Assembly: GCF_964355755.1 (NCBI RefSeq)
Contig: NC_092673.1
Location: 3,472,001 to 3,536,000, forward strand
DNA: 64,000 bases
Source: Antedon mediterranea
Lineage: Eukaryota > Animalia > Echinodermata
Direction of reading: 5' to 3'
Numbering within the stretch: position 1 is the stretch's first letter; every line of letters begins with the position of its first letter. The notes under the pieces are model-generated. The model did no database searches. It was not told the origin of the DNA and was given only the letters and a program-made list of their open reading frames with translations. Both the position numbers and the translations under genes were made by a program. Positions 39,919 through 53,500 of this stretch are shown in pieces.

Positions 39919-42703
39919 TTATTCAACTTTTGAAAAATATTCCTTGGCACCTTCTGGATCTGGTTTAATCTGGAAAATTAAAAGATTTAATAAGATTTAA
40001 ATTTATTTTATAATCTTGCTATAAGGCTTTTTATCACTTCAGTTTCCGTCTCTGTAAATGCTCAAGTTGCGCCTCATAGATAAATGAAACTGGCCCAAGT
40101 GTCTTTGGGTAAAAGAACACTCAACATAGCCTACCTCATCCAGATCATCTATTATTCTCTTTGTCTTGTGTATGCTAATCATTTCTATGACTCTCTTTCG
40201 ATAGTATGATGGTCTGTTATTAACTTTTTGATCGATGTGTTTGCTTTTCTAACCTAGTCTTGCAAACTAGTTCCCTGTTCAAATGAGCCAACCAAATGAA
40301 AACAAAAATGCTCAACTCCTGCTGAATTAAATTTAAAAACTTACTGTATCTGAATCTGGCGTCCATCCTGCTGGACAAACCTCTCCATGCTTTTCTACAA
40401 ACTGAAAAGCCTTAACCAAGCGGAGGACTTCATCAACTGACCGGCCAACAGGTAGGTCATTTATGCTCAAATGTTTTACACATCCCTCCGGATCAATTAA
40501 AAACAAGCCTCTGTAAAAAACATCAAATTAATTACACAATATTTAAGCTTTGAGACCAATTCAGACAGCATCGAACAACGATGGCGACAGCTGTAGGCTA
40601 CTTGCTGGATTATTTCAATATCTCTTATTCTACACTTAACAAGGAATGCGTTTCAAAAACTTACAAATCTAAAGGATAAACATGTTTAAATTTATCCCAA
40701 CGACATAAAACCTACGCCCGACACTATCTCAAGACGACTTGTCTCGTCGGGATTCTCAGACAGCACCAATGAGTCAAGACGTTTCATCTGGCCTTGTCAT
40801 ACGATGCTGTCCGAGTTGGCCTTTAGAAAAAAAAAAAGTTTTGCTAGAATTTGATTAGATAAGTGACAGTATTCACCTAAGGGCTAAGCCTTCATTTTCA
40901 AGCAGTACACCATAATCTCTGGATATTTTCTTCTTGAAATCAGATAATAGTGGGATGTTCATCTGACCTAGGCCTCCATCCTAGAATAGTTAATGTAAAG
41001 TAGCATTATTTTATTTATAAAATTTTGTTAAATTGTTATGTACAGGTATGTGTATGGGCACATTACCAATAGTAAATAAATCACTTTCCTATCAGATAGG
41101 TGGTAATCCCCATGACACAGGGGCTATTGTTAACCAGTTCACCGGGGTAATCCCCTACTCGTCTCCAATAATAAACTGGGTTCTTTAAGGTGCACACACG
41201 TTACACTGGACCTACGGTTTATAGTCCTTATCCTCGAGAAGACCTAATTCCTTAATAGCATTGAAATGAGACAAATACTACCTAAAGTAAAAACAATCCC
41301 TGGAAATGAAATGTTAAAATTGTTACTGCAGTAAGATAATTTTGACACAGTCCATTGACAGTAGGCCTACCTTTCTTGGTGTATTGATCCATGCCAAATG
41401 ACTAAAATGTGAATCCACTGACACCCCAATGACCTCTGTGTCCAAATTGTGAAATTCAGCTGCTCGGTCACTAAATGCAATGATTTCAGTTGGACAAACA
41501 AACGTGCTAGAAGATAAGGTGAAAATTATTATAAAAAAAGAAAGATTTTCTGGTCTTTTTCTGAACCAGAGAGTGAGACTTTTTCAAGCATGAAGGAGTT
41601 TTTAGTTTTACCATAGAGATATTCTATAATAATATCTCTATGGTTTTACCAATTATTATACTGGACACATCAAAGAAATTTTAAATACGTTTTTACTTAA
41701 TATAATTAAGTTATTCTTTTAAGATATTAACTTTATCAACATCTATATTATATATATTATTTGTAATAATTAGTTACTGGTTGGAGGTACACACCTAATT
41801 GGTGACAGTGGCTAAGGCTGCTTTTGTGCTTTCCTGGCAGCTAGTTACTATGATTTTATATTTTCTTTTGCGTTGTGTTTGTTTAATTTGTTGATTTGTA
41901 TTATAATTTGTAAAATGTATCTTTTGCCTGAATAAATAATAATAATAATAATAATGGTTAAAAAAAGATGGTAAAGTAAAGTCTCAGGTTTTTAGAAAGT
42001 CATTGTGGAGTCCTGGCTGTAGGCTACTATACTGGATTTTCTAATATCTTTTATGCTACACTTCATAAGGAAAAACTTACAAATCTAACGGATAGAAAAA
42101 TAAAACTAGATATTTCCCTCGATAATCTTCTAAACTTATTTCTTTGAATTGGCCATCAACGACTGCAAGGCCTTGAAATGGGGGTGCTGTTTCTTGAACA
42201 CGTGCTGTAAATCTATTGGCTGAAAATTAAATTCACAGAAATTATAACATTATAATTAATAATTTATGATTAACATTAATGATCATCACTCACTTACTTA
42301 CTGTACATTCCACATTTTTAAGCCAAAATATGAATTCATTATTATATTAATTAATATTATAACATTCAATGAATTTAAAATAACATCAATCATAGGAATT
42401 CAGTCTGTACCTGTAACAGACAGATAAGAAACTTGCACATGATGTATACTGGGCTTAGGATTTCCAAGCACAGTGCTCCTGTACGTTATTGGCCTTGATG
42501 ATGATGATGATGATGGAAGAATGCTACTCCTACACCTTGTCCTTGCAAACATTGAGCAGGGATTCAAAAACACCTACAAAAACGACACAATTAAAGAGCA
42601 ACTGGTCATTCAATAAAATGTACATTTACTAATTCTAGAATTTTAGAATATAAAACTTTACATAAATATGTAAACATTTAAATACCTTGCGTAAAAGTGC
42701 CAT
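39919..42703 (-). CDS. PRDX3: Typical 2-Cys peroxiredoxin, mitochondrial (PRDX3-like)
   Basis: Exons 42686-42703, 42411-42573 (R/S-rich, acid-free presequence), 42081-42219 (FFYPLDF), 41371-41506 (TFVCPTEI), 40877-40980, 40345-40510 (GEVCPAGW), 39919-39969 ([16 protein letters not shown]). Confidence 0.93.
40553..40822. mobile_element. Harbinger-like MITE in PRDX3 intron 5 containing a host-gene fragment
   Basis: 21-bp TIRs with 3 mismatches; TTG/TTA flanks. Confidence 0.65.
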
Positions 42704-42860
42704 TTTAACAAACAATTTCGATAGGTACTCTCTTTTTTCCCAATTTTTCCAGGACCTTTAAATTAAATTATATAAGCACATGTTAATCAACAGAGGGCGA
42801 CATTTATTTATTATTTTTGGTGCTGATTTAAAAAATAGTTTGCTCTATTTTCCCTCTAAA
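42704..42860. promoter_or_regulatory. Compact bidirectional promoter region for PRDX3 and LSM1
   Basis: The divergent ATGs are separated by only 157 bp. Confidence 0.7.
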
Positions 42861-44392
42861 ATGGAGTGTTTACCTGGAACAGCAAGTTTAATTGAAGAGC
42901 TAGATAGTATGATTTTATGTTGTTGTATTTTTTATTTGATAAAATAAATGTATATTATGTTTAATCGTTGTATATTGACCTAAGCCTAGTAGCTAGGCTA
43001 TGCAAAATAGAGTCGCCTGCCGAATCAGTCAGTGTGTACAGGTTGCCCGAGACGTTTCGCCCCACACGTCCCATTTTTCTGAACAAATGATATTTTTTTT
43101 TTTGGTATTTTCAAATTTTTAAAACGATATCACATATCATGTAAATTTCACGTGCACAACTTTTCACTTTATTTTTTCAATAATTAATAAAGAGGATCAA
43201 TTCATCATTAGACATTATTTTTATTTAATTAAATAAATAAAATGTTATCATTATTTTTCCAGAACGACTACTAGTGCTATTACGAGATGGCAGGACACTA
43301 ATTGGGACTTTAAGAAGTATCGACCAATTTGGTATGTTTGTATTTTTACTTGAATGAATGTCATTTCAGGGCTGCAAATTAACTTTTTCACTTGGTAGCA
43401 CTATCAAATTTTTAATGATGGCTCATAATAATTTTTGGTAGCACCACCAATTTTGTTGGTAGCACCTGTTTAACTAACCCCTTCCCCCAACCCCATCCTT
43501 GCAGATCCGTTTTTATTAGTGTAGATTTGAAGAAAAAGAAAATTGATGATGAGGTTGTGTCGTGATGGTAAATGATAAATAATGACAATTGAAAATTAAA
43601 ATACAAACATTGTTTAACAAATGCTACTTTTCTTTTCAGCTAATTTAGTCCTCCACAAGACGATAGAGCGTATTCATGTTGGACAAGAATATGGTGACAT
43701 TCCTAGGGGTGTATTTGTAGTTAGAGGAGAAAATGTGGTTCTCCTTGGCGAGATTGTAAGTATAATAATAAACAAGAATTAATGTACATTCTGTCAAGTC
43801 AAATGACACTATTAATATCCCAATATATACTGCATAAATTTACCATATTTAGGCTCTACTACTTAGGCCGAATACATGAATTTTCGGTTGAAGGCGTTTT
43901 CGCCCGTTAACCAATCTAAAAACACACAAAACTGGAAAATAGGGTATTATGACTAATGCTCTGTCTACACTGTCAAAAAAGTGTGATGTACCCAAATATA
44001 GTAGTGATATGACATCATCATAAAGTTTGATGGTGTAGACAGAGCTTAATGCTTACCTGGATGGTAATGTCGTGAAATTGCCTCTATGTTTTTGATATAT
44101 TTTGTAAAGCACCCTCTATAGTTTGGCTATGCTTTCATAAAGTCTCCTTCATTTATCTCAGTTTATACCTAATGTTTGCTTTTTAAGTTATTAACTTGAC
44201 TATATTTTTCTTTTCCAGGATCCAGAGAAGGATCTTAAGATAGATCTTAAAAAGGTGTCAATAGATGCAATTTTAGAAGCACAAAGAGAAGAACAAATTG
44301 CAAAACAAAAAGAGGAAAAAAAGATGAATAAAGCTTTACTAGAAAGAGGACTCCAACCTCATGCAGAGAAAGTTGTTGAGGAATTCCAATAG
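42861..44392 (+). CDS. LSM1: U6 snRNA-associated Sm-like protein LSm1
   Basis: Exons 42861-42906 ([15 protein letters not shown]), 43263-43331 ([18 protein letters not shown]), 43640-43755 ([15 protein letters not shown]...[11 protein letters not shown]), 44219-44392. Confidence 0.95.
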
Positions 44393-46249
44393 AAAACATC
44401 CATCAGACTCAATGAACAATGTATATTAACTTGTATACGAGTCACAAGTGCGTAAAAGAAATTTTTATTTTACCGGTATAAGAAAATTCAAGTATGATTG
44501 CTTGTAAAATTCAAATTGCGGAGCAGAATTAAACCGAAGGTTGTTTAACTGGTTTACTGAATCGCAAAGGAGGCTCAAAGAATATTATTTTGAAATAAAT
44601 TTCTGGAGAATACGGTGATCTCAAAGAACTCTGAAAGTGGATACAATAATACCTTTAAGAAGTATACACTATTTTATCTTTTTTTTATATAAAATCATGT
44701 AAAATATGTATTAATTTAACTTTATTTGTAAAACAAAATGTTTTTAAATTTGTTTGAACAATGTGTTAAAACATCTTTATAATACATTTTAAAGTACTTT
44801 TAATGAAAGAAATATAAAATATGAATTCCTAAAGAAAATACAAATTATTGTTTTATTTATGATGAATAAAAACAACTCAAAGAGCAAAGTACAGATAAGT
44901 GTTTTCTCCTTCTGTTGTGTCGATTATATGCCTACTTTGAGAAAATAATTCCTTTTAAATTCAGTTAGTGCTATGATTTTAGTTTCTGTACCTCAGCGTG
45001 TTGAAGTGGAGAAATAAATAACAATGATATTGTTTGCAAATATTATTTTATTTATAGTACTTTTTAACTAGCTATATATAAGTATATATACCTCTCCATA
45101 TTATAGAGCTAACTATCAATGTAAATTATTAATAAAGAAATATATTGTAATATTAAAAATAACAAATATTAGTTGGTGGTATATGACAATAATACTAGTT
45201 CTAAAGAATATAAAAAATAAGTACTATAATAATATGAAAATAAAAATATTAAAGATTTTGGTGATGCTAACAAAGTACACAATATCTCCTACCCTGTTTG
45301 AGCCGCTAAAAAAAAGCACATACACATTACACTACAAAATATTATTGCGAATTTAAAGCTTTAAAAAATGAAACAAAACACATCAAATTCAACAGCACTT
45401 TCAAAAGAGTGACTGACATACCCACCTTCAGACCTTTTTCGTGTAATTAATAACAATTTCTATAAATCTTTCTATAAATCTTTAACATCATTCATTTTAC
45501 ATAATATATCTCATCTTTTCTTTAGCTAAATATAATTAATATTTAATATAGTATTGCATTATAAAAATGGTCTTTCTGATAGTAAACCTCACAGAATTGC
45601 TATAATCTAGATTCCGTTTATACAAATTATCCACTAAAGACTATTTTAGTTTCATTAATCAGTTAAATTCATTCATTTTACATAATATAATTATTGTAAA
45701 TACATTATATTTCCTTTATTTGTTCTTTAGCTAAATATTGCATTTATGTATGAACATATATAAACTATACAATATAGCTATATACAAGGGTAAAAAATAA
45801 CAGACAGTTGGAGAGTTTAATCAATTTAACTCTCTAATAGTATTAATACATATGCTTAGTTTAAATATATAATAAACATTTTATATAGACATAATATAGT
45901 AATATCACCAGTGTAACGCCTGGTTTTTAAAGTTTAATTAAACGTTTAACAAAAGTGACATAATCTTATATTAGGTAATAAATCTTTAGGACATGAATAT
46001 AAAAGAGTCTTAACTATAGCACCAAATTGGTATACCATGGTAAGTACACATGGCTGAGATACACCACCAAGCCATAAATACTGTACTACTATATACACTT
46101 GTATATACTTGTAAAATGGAAATTCAAATATTGTTAATTTGTGGTAATATTGGTGGGTATAAAAGCCAATAATAATATAATGCAATGTGCGAAAACATAG
46201 TCTGAAAAGCACCAAAAATGTTATTATTTAGTAGATAATGGAAGAAAAC

Positions 46250-46590
46250 TAGAGTACAGTATGTCTCGTATGGAACGCACACTAAGCAAACAGAGTACCA
46301 ATAATATAGTATGGAAGGCAAACTAAGCCAACAGAGTACCAATAATATAGTATGGAAGGCAAACTAAGCCAACAGAGTACCAATAATATAGTATGGAAGG
46401 CAAACTAAGCCAACAGAGTACCAATAATATAGTATGGAAGGCAACCAGAGTATAAATAAAATAGTATGAAACGCACACTAAGCAGACAGAGTACCAATAA
46501 TATAGTATGGAAGGCAAACAGAGTATAAATAATATAGTATGAAATGCACACTAAAGCAGAGTACCAATATTATAGTATGGAAGGCAACTC
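46250..46590. repeat. 41-bp tandem repeat (CAGAGTACCAATAATATAGTATGGAAGGCAAACTAAGCCAA) with degenerate flanking units
   Basis: Units start at 46291, 46332, 46373 and 46414, plus variant units on both sides. Confidence 0.9.
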
Positions 46591-46655
46591 AAGCAATTCA
46601 TTTATACATAATTTTAATTTCTATGGACCAGAGATTCCTAAATAAAAGATAGAAA

Positions 46656-46963
46656 AAACAAGCACGAATGTGCAATACTCGGGGTACAGCAAAAGAAGCT
46701 CCAAGACGAGATGTGACGTCACATATACATCAATAACCTCGCTACCAAATACGGCTATACGGTACCACCTTCGAGACATCATATGGCTGCATCAGGTTTG
46801 AAATTAAAAAATACCTGTCCCTGTAGTATATTCATGCCAAATCCCAGCTTAATAGTACAACGAATAAGGGAGGAGTAGTACTTTATAAATCTCACTTTTT
46901 ATTCAATAGTGTCGGATGGAGGAGAAGATGAGAGAGTCCTAGACTCGGGTACCTCGAGTAAAA
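46656..46963. mobile_element. Possible Helentron-associated (HINE/DINE-1-like) element
   Basis: A-rich ends, repeated ACTCGGG(G)TAC subterminal motif and terminal hairpin ACTCGGGTACCTCGAGT. Confidence 0.4.
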
Positions 46964-47206
46964 ATACTATGGAATTACGGATTATACTCATTAAACTGTA
47001 GGAAAACAGATCATAAATTTATCAAACCCTTATTTTATAACTGTTTACAGTATTGTGGAAAAACTTCATGTCATCAACATACTCATATTTAGACAATCAT
47101 TTCTCAATTTGGAAATACTGTAAATCAATACGTAAAGAAATAAGTATTGTCTACTTAATATTGAATTAACACTGGGCCTGATTACAGTCATCTTCTGTAT
47201 CCACAG

Positions 47207-47515
47207 TTATTTGCAGTTAGTTTTCAAATGAAGAATATTCATTAATGCCGGCTTCTTTTTCAACAACTGAAAATAAAATGAGATAATATAAGTGGTTAAC
47301 TAAAGAAGAGTGTAACTAACTGTATGGTTCTTTAAAATCCCTTTTTAAAAAAATGTGTTATTTATTTATACTGAGTACGCTCTTCAATCAAAGACGGGTA
47401 TCACAGAGGGCCCAGTTATGTGGCTGTGTGTATACTAGTACATCGCGGCAAACCCCACTTGTCTCGAAAGATGTACTAGGTTCTTTAAAGTGCACATGAG
47501 CTAGATGTGTACACA

Positions 47516-47549
<34 letters not shown>

Positions 47550-50500
47550 TATTCAAGGAATGTTTTATCACTGGCTTACTTTAAGCCTGGAGGCAATATT
47601 CTTGTACTCTATCTGGTTCTGTCTGTTATCGATGTCGTCAAAATAATCTGAGATCCCAACATATACTGCAATGACTTTTAGTTGAGGACAGGCACCTAAA
47701 TAGATAGACACAAGCAAGTTCAAAATAAATTAACATCAAATAATTTATTCGATTTAGCAGACAGGGTTTTTTTTTAATTGCCAGGTAAAATCCTATTATT
47801 GTACAGTAGTAGCAATTCACATAATTACAGCAGTCATTTTGAAAAAAATCCCCCTTCTTTAGTTTGAAAAAGTAATCTAGAAAAGACGCCCATCTTGAAA
47901 AGAAGCCCACCTATGAGTACTAAAAAGAGAAGAAGCCCATGGGCTTCTTTACGAGATTTTATAGTATGTGATGAATCTATGTGAAGTAGCTTACTGTTAA
48001 ACTGTATAATGGCCTTTGGTGTGACTGGCGTTGCTGTAAATATAATTGTTTCAAGACCTCTTAGCCCGTTGCTACACATTCCTACTGCTGTTTCTTCCGT
48101 CATCTCTTGCATGTGGTCCAACTCAAGAACACACAGTCTTGGACAGTTTCTGACTGGAGGAGAAGAAGTTTCATAAATAATTTCATAATTTGCTTTGATT
48201 TACATACAAATAAATAGTTTTTGTTTAACATTTATTAATTACATCCTTCATCTGAAGAAAAAAAGGATTATTTATAGTTAAAATATATTTGCTGGTGTGT
48301 TTAGTCAACAAGCACAACAACTTACCAAGAGACACCAAACCCCTGATGTCAACATCAATCCCACCGATGCAAAGACCCTGGATTAGGGGCCAACATCTTC
48401 CTATCATCTGAACACATTTATTGTTGAATTTTTGAGAGTTTTCACTATAGGAAGAAAAATATTGTAGTTTTATAAATATTTGCATTTGACATTCTCTTCA
48501 GTGGTGTAATGGCTATGAGCGCTCACTGGCTAAACCCAGGAGCTTATGGGGATGAGCAGTGCCCAGAGGAAAAAACAGGCATTAAAATATGTTGAAAAAG
48601 GCTAAAACGCCCCGAGGCCTCCAGCGTTGGATGGCCACTTAGGGTTCCTAAACCAGGGTCCTTAAAGGCCTCTGTGTTGCGGCACTGATTCTCTTGAAAA
48701 AAAGCTTAATGTTCCCTCAAAAAAATGTATTACCTACCATGGAAACAGTGGTGGTATTTGTAATGCACGGATATTCCTACATCCTGCACCCAATGCCCAG
48801 ATGACCTCATGACCTACTGGATCTGTGCTGCTTACGTACATTATGGTTTCCAGAAAACGGCAATGGCAGCTGGCCAACCAGAGGCTTCTGTAATTTAGAA
48901 GTTTAAACAGCATTAAAAAAAACTTGTATAATAATAGAAAATCATCATTTTAAAAGTAAGTTTTCTTCAAGTGAGTGAAAAGTATAGTTACAATGCTTTA
49001 CCTGTCAGTCAGTACATTGCCACAGTTAAATATTCTTAATGTTAGAAGAGAACTTCCTGATGCCTGTAATATGTACTCCAAACCTGCCTCTAGTGAACCT
49101 CTGAAACAAAAATAATATAATACAGTCAACTTTCCCAATACCATACTCTCTGAAAACCGGAAAATCCAAGTCCAAAAGGCCCCAAATTGTTACCATTAAA
49201 AACACATTCTGAATATCAAACTTTCTGGAAAACCTATTTGGCCAGCCCAAAGATAGAGATTATATTGTAATGGGTTTTTTTTTTGGCTATATGCTGTGTA
49301 CAATCTAATCAAAATGGTAAAAATAGATTCACTCTCTTTTATAATTTCTCTTTTAAATCGACTTGACCTTGCTCAAACTAAAGCGACCTTTAGAGAAACA
49401 AAAGACAAAAAGGAGAAGAAATGCAGAGCGACAACTGTTGTGTTGTTTCCTACCTTGTTTTCCTCAGGTAATCTTGTCTTCGTTCCCCCTTCCTCATGGT
49501 CCTTGGTTGCAAACTCTCCAGCGTAAGGTGTTCTGTCTGTGTACACCACTTGGAAATGGTCTGCAAAAACTACATAATGATTGATTATTTTGCAAGGTGC
49601 CTTTTTGTTTTCATTCTAATATCATAAAAACTCTGTCTACACTATCAAACTTTATGTGACAAAAAAATGTAATATGGCCACATATGTACTGTACATGATG
49701 ATGTCATATCACTAACTATATTTAAGAATATCACTACCATATTTGGGCATATCACACTTTTTTTGTCAAACTACTGTAGTTTGATAGTGTAGATAGAGCT
49801 TAATACCGTAGTGTAACATTTTTACCTACATGGCATGCTGTAAGTGTTACAAAAAGAAACAGCAACTAGAGATGTGTGACAATAGTATATTACAGTTGAA
49901 CACCTCCTTTGGGTCACACCTATTTAAGGAACATCACTGAGGTCATCTTCAGAGGTTTTACTCCTGCCTATACCTACACGGCTTTCAACAAAATATTATG
50001 GACAACGCATCTTTTCCTGGTCAGCTGCTGTTCTTTGGAACACCTTTCCAAACTCAATCACTCGCCACGTTAAAAAAACTCCTCAATCCCACCTTTTTAA
50101 TTTGTAAGGCACTAGGCTTAAACCTTTGGCCATTTAAATTTTCAGTATAAAAGAAGGCTTTTTAAAGAATGACCTTGGACATTAAACTACAAATAACAAA
50201 TAAAATACCTTGGATGTGATGATGTGACTACTAAGATACACCTTCTTCCACAATGCTGGGTGATGACTGACATGACACCACTCTTTACACACCTGTGAAC
50301 AGGTCAACAATTCCTCTGTTTCCAGGTACGAAAACACACAAAACAACGCAATCTTTCTTTGCTTAGGACAATCTGTGAAGGGGTAAAAACAAAAAATATA
50401 AGCATTGAAATTGTTGATAAATAATAGAAGGGCATTACAAAAAAATAATGATATTTTATTTTTAATGAATTATTAAAATTTAATAGAACTAGAATATTTT

Positions 50501-53500
50501 ATCTTTATTCTAAAACAAATCTCAATTATATTGAAACATATTTTACCTCAATACCAATACATCTATAAAGCTCTGTCTACACTATCAAACTAGTTTAACA
50601 AAAAAACATCATCATGTCCATATATGATATATCAAATTTTGTTGTCACATAAAAGTTTGATAGTGTAGACAGATCATTAAAATGTACAACAGGAGACATG
50701 TTCACCTTTAAACCCTGAACTCTGATCTCTGACCGGTAATTCATCCAAACCATCGTCCAAACTATCATATCCATACGAGTCATCATACCCTGAACTTTGA
50801 CCTTCACTAATAATACTATCTTGTTGAGATGGTTGAAGAGTTGTATAAAGAGGTTCGCCTTCTGATTGTGAATACTGTGTTGCTCGAGACTGAATCTCTC
50901 TTTCATGTAAGACATTCTCTACAGCATTGCGAAAGACTTCTAAATCTAAAAAGTCTTCATCCATGCCATTGGTAGTCCTTGTTGTTACTTCTTGCACTCT
51001 TTGCATGTCATGGTCTGGAAGATCTTCATCAGATCTATCTCTTTCATAACCACCACCACCAGACAATGGACCTCTTTCATCAGGTGAGGCATATTGCTCA
51101 TTTGTAGAAGTCTCATGGACTGGTTCATAAAGAGCATGTCTTTGGTTTCTCTTTGATAGCATATGATGTTTTGGAGTAGGTTGATTCCTTCTTCCATTTG
51201 CCACTTCTTCTGGTTTAGAATACTGTAAAGGATTTGATCTTTGTGGTGACATCTGGGATATGGCAAACTCTGAATTAGCTATCCGGGAATCATATTTCGG
51301 AGTTCCGATTGAATATTCTGATTTCAAGTGAGGGTGTAGTTCGTGCGGATGTAGTTCCTGATTGTGTAACAAACCACTTTGTGGTGAGGATGGATAACAA
51401 TTTGAAGATGGATTACTAACAGTTTGATGGATGCCATCTCCATTGCTCTGGTTTCGTTTTTCTAAAATGTTTGGATGTGTAAAGTTTGCGTCCCTTCTAA
51501 AAAGAAAAAAAATTAAATATTTGTGAAAACAAAAACTATGGAATGCCATTTAGACAAACATCACGTTGTTACTTCAGTTTGTAGGAAAGAACAATAGTTG
51601 ATGCAGAAGAACATCAACAGGCAAACAGAGAGAAATGAAGAAATATTATGACTACTATCAGTAATCATTTTTGTAGAAAAGATAGTCAATTCTTTTGAAA
51701 ATGAATTTCATTTATGAAATGATTACTGAGTTTAAAATTCAGTAGATAATAAATATCTCGCGACGAATTATGAATTCAATTAGCTACCGACAAAAAACTG
51801 AAAGCATGCATTATATTAAATATATTTCTATCGTCAAAAAATAATTATACGATACAAGATTCGTTATCATTACCTATCCCTAAGGAGTCGTTTGTTTCGT
51901 ATGTTGGCTACACACAGGTGATTATTACTAACAATGTGAACGGTTCATTTCATATCTGGTGGTAAATCTTACGCTGGAGAGATGAGAGCCAGTGTAGGAT
52001 GAAGACAACTAATTTTCTTAAATGAGCGTGGAAGTCTCAATACGACTCACTTAAGTGTACAGACAAAAACAATTTTCTAATCAATTTTAAAACTTTAAAT
52101 TTTGATATACAGTATATTTATAAATGAAACTAAAAAGTCACGACTTTACAAAAATACATTTTCTGTAAATTTTACTGTACTGTTGCAACTCAGAAAAAAC
52201 TGTTGAATGTATTGGTTTTAATTTTATGAATGCCTTTTTAAATACAAAGTATCAATTCATAGTCATGTGAGACAACCTACAGTACAGTAGGCCTATACAG
52301 TACATGGCTTCCATTATGTATTCTAATAATACCATCAATCTAATAATAACATAAATAATAATAATAACAGGATTTTTATAGCGCACATACCACTCAAGAG
52401 TGCTCAAGGCGCATTAAAAAAAAAACAAACAAAAAAACAAAAACAAAAAACAAATCATACAAATGCCTGACAAATAAAATGTAATTAAATCTATAACAAA
52501 ATGTAATTAAATTTTGCTTCAAAAATATGCTAGCTAGATAGATCAATGAAAAATAATAACACTTTATGTAAATAAAAACAGATAAAACATGTACAGTACT
52601 ATGATAATGTGATAGACTTGTGAAAACAAGTTGTAAAATAAAAAACCCCCTTTTTTAGAATATTATTTTGTGTCCATAGAGAAAATTAAAGGAAATTAGA
52701 GAGATACCTTGAAAAGGGTCATTCTATTATATAATAGTTAATACTCAGTCAGTCATGTCCTTATTCTAAATACAGTTTGAAGGTACTAATTAAATTCAAT
52801 AATGCAGTACAAATTATTTTTTAATTATTGAATACTAGATTTTGACATGCTTAATGTAAATTTGTCGCAAACTGTATATTTACACTAATAAAACAATAAA
52901 ACATGAGTGGGTTTAATATTGATTATATACCATCTGTGTAAAATTAGAAATCCTTGACCATACGGCACAGACAAATTAGGATTTCACTTGGCTTACTGTT
53001 AAATGTAAAGATTTTTTTTTAATGTTGGGAGATAATTAATATGCAAAGATATGAAATCAAATGGCAAGAATACACTTCAGTAATGTGTTATATCTATAAA
53101 GTACAATATGTAGATCTATCTACAATAAAGAAACAGATATTATTAATTATCTGTTCCAATATTTATGTATTGCTATTATGTATGATAATGATGAGTTTGC
53201 GAGGCTGTTTTAAAATAGGACTATTTCAATTAAACTCATGGGATAGATGGGATGGATTCACACACAAATTAGCTACAATGATCAGGGGAGATTTATTATT
53301 ATTAATTATACTGTAGATACTTTTTCATAAACTCTAAGGTTCTTTATGAGAAATAATCAAAATGGAGGATTATTTGTAATGAAAAACATTTTTTTTTATT
53401 TAAAAAACTTTACAAGGATGCTTGGATTTTTTTTTCAATAGATTTTCAGAACAGATGTGAAAAAGGTAGAGATAATTTTGTTTGCTAGAGGTAGTTCAAA

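Noticed and set aside
45946-46517. Hydrophobic ORFs on the minus strand
   Set aside because: Translations of the 41-bp tandem repeat and adjacent AT-rich DNA.
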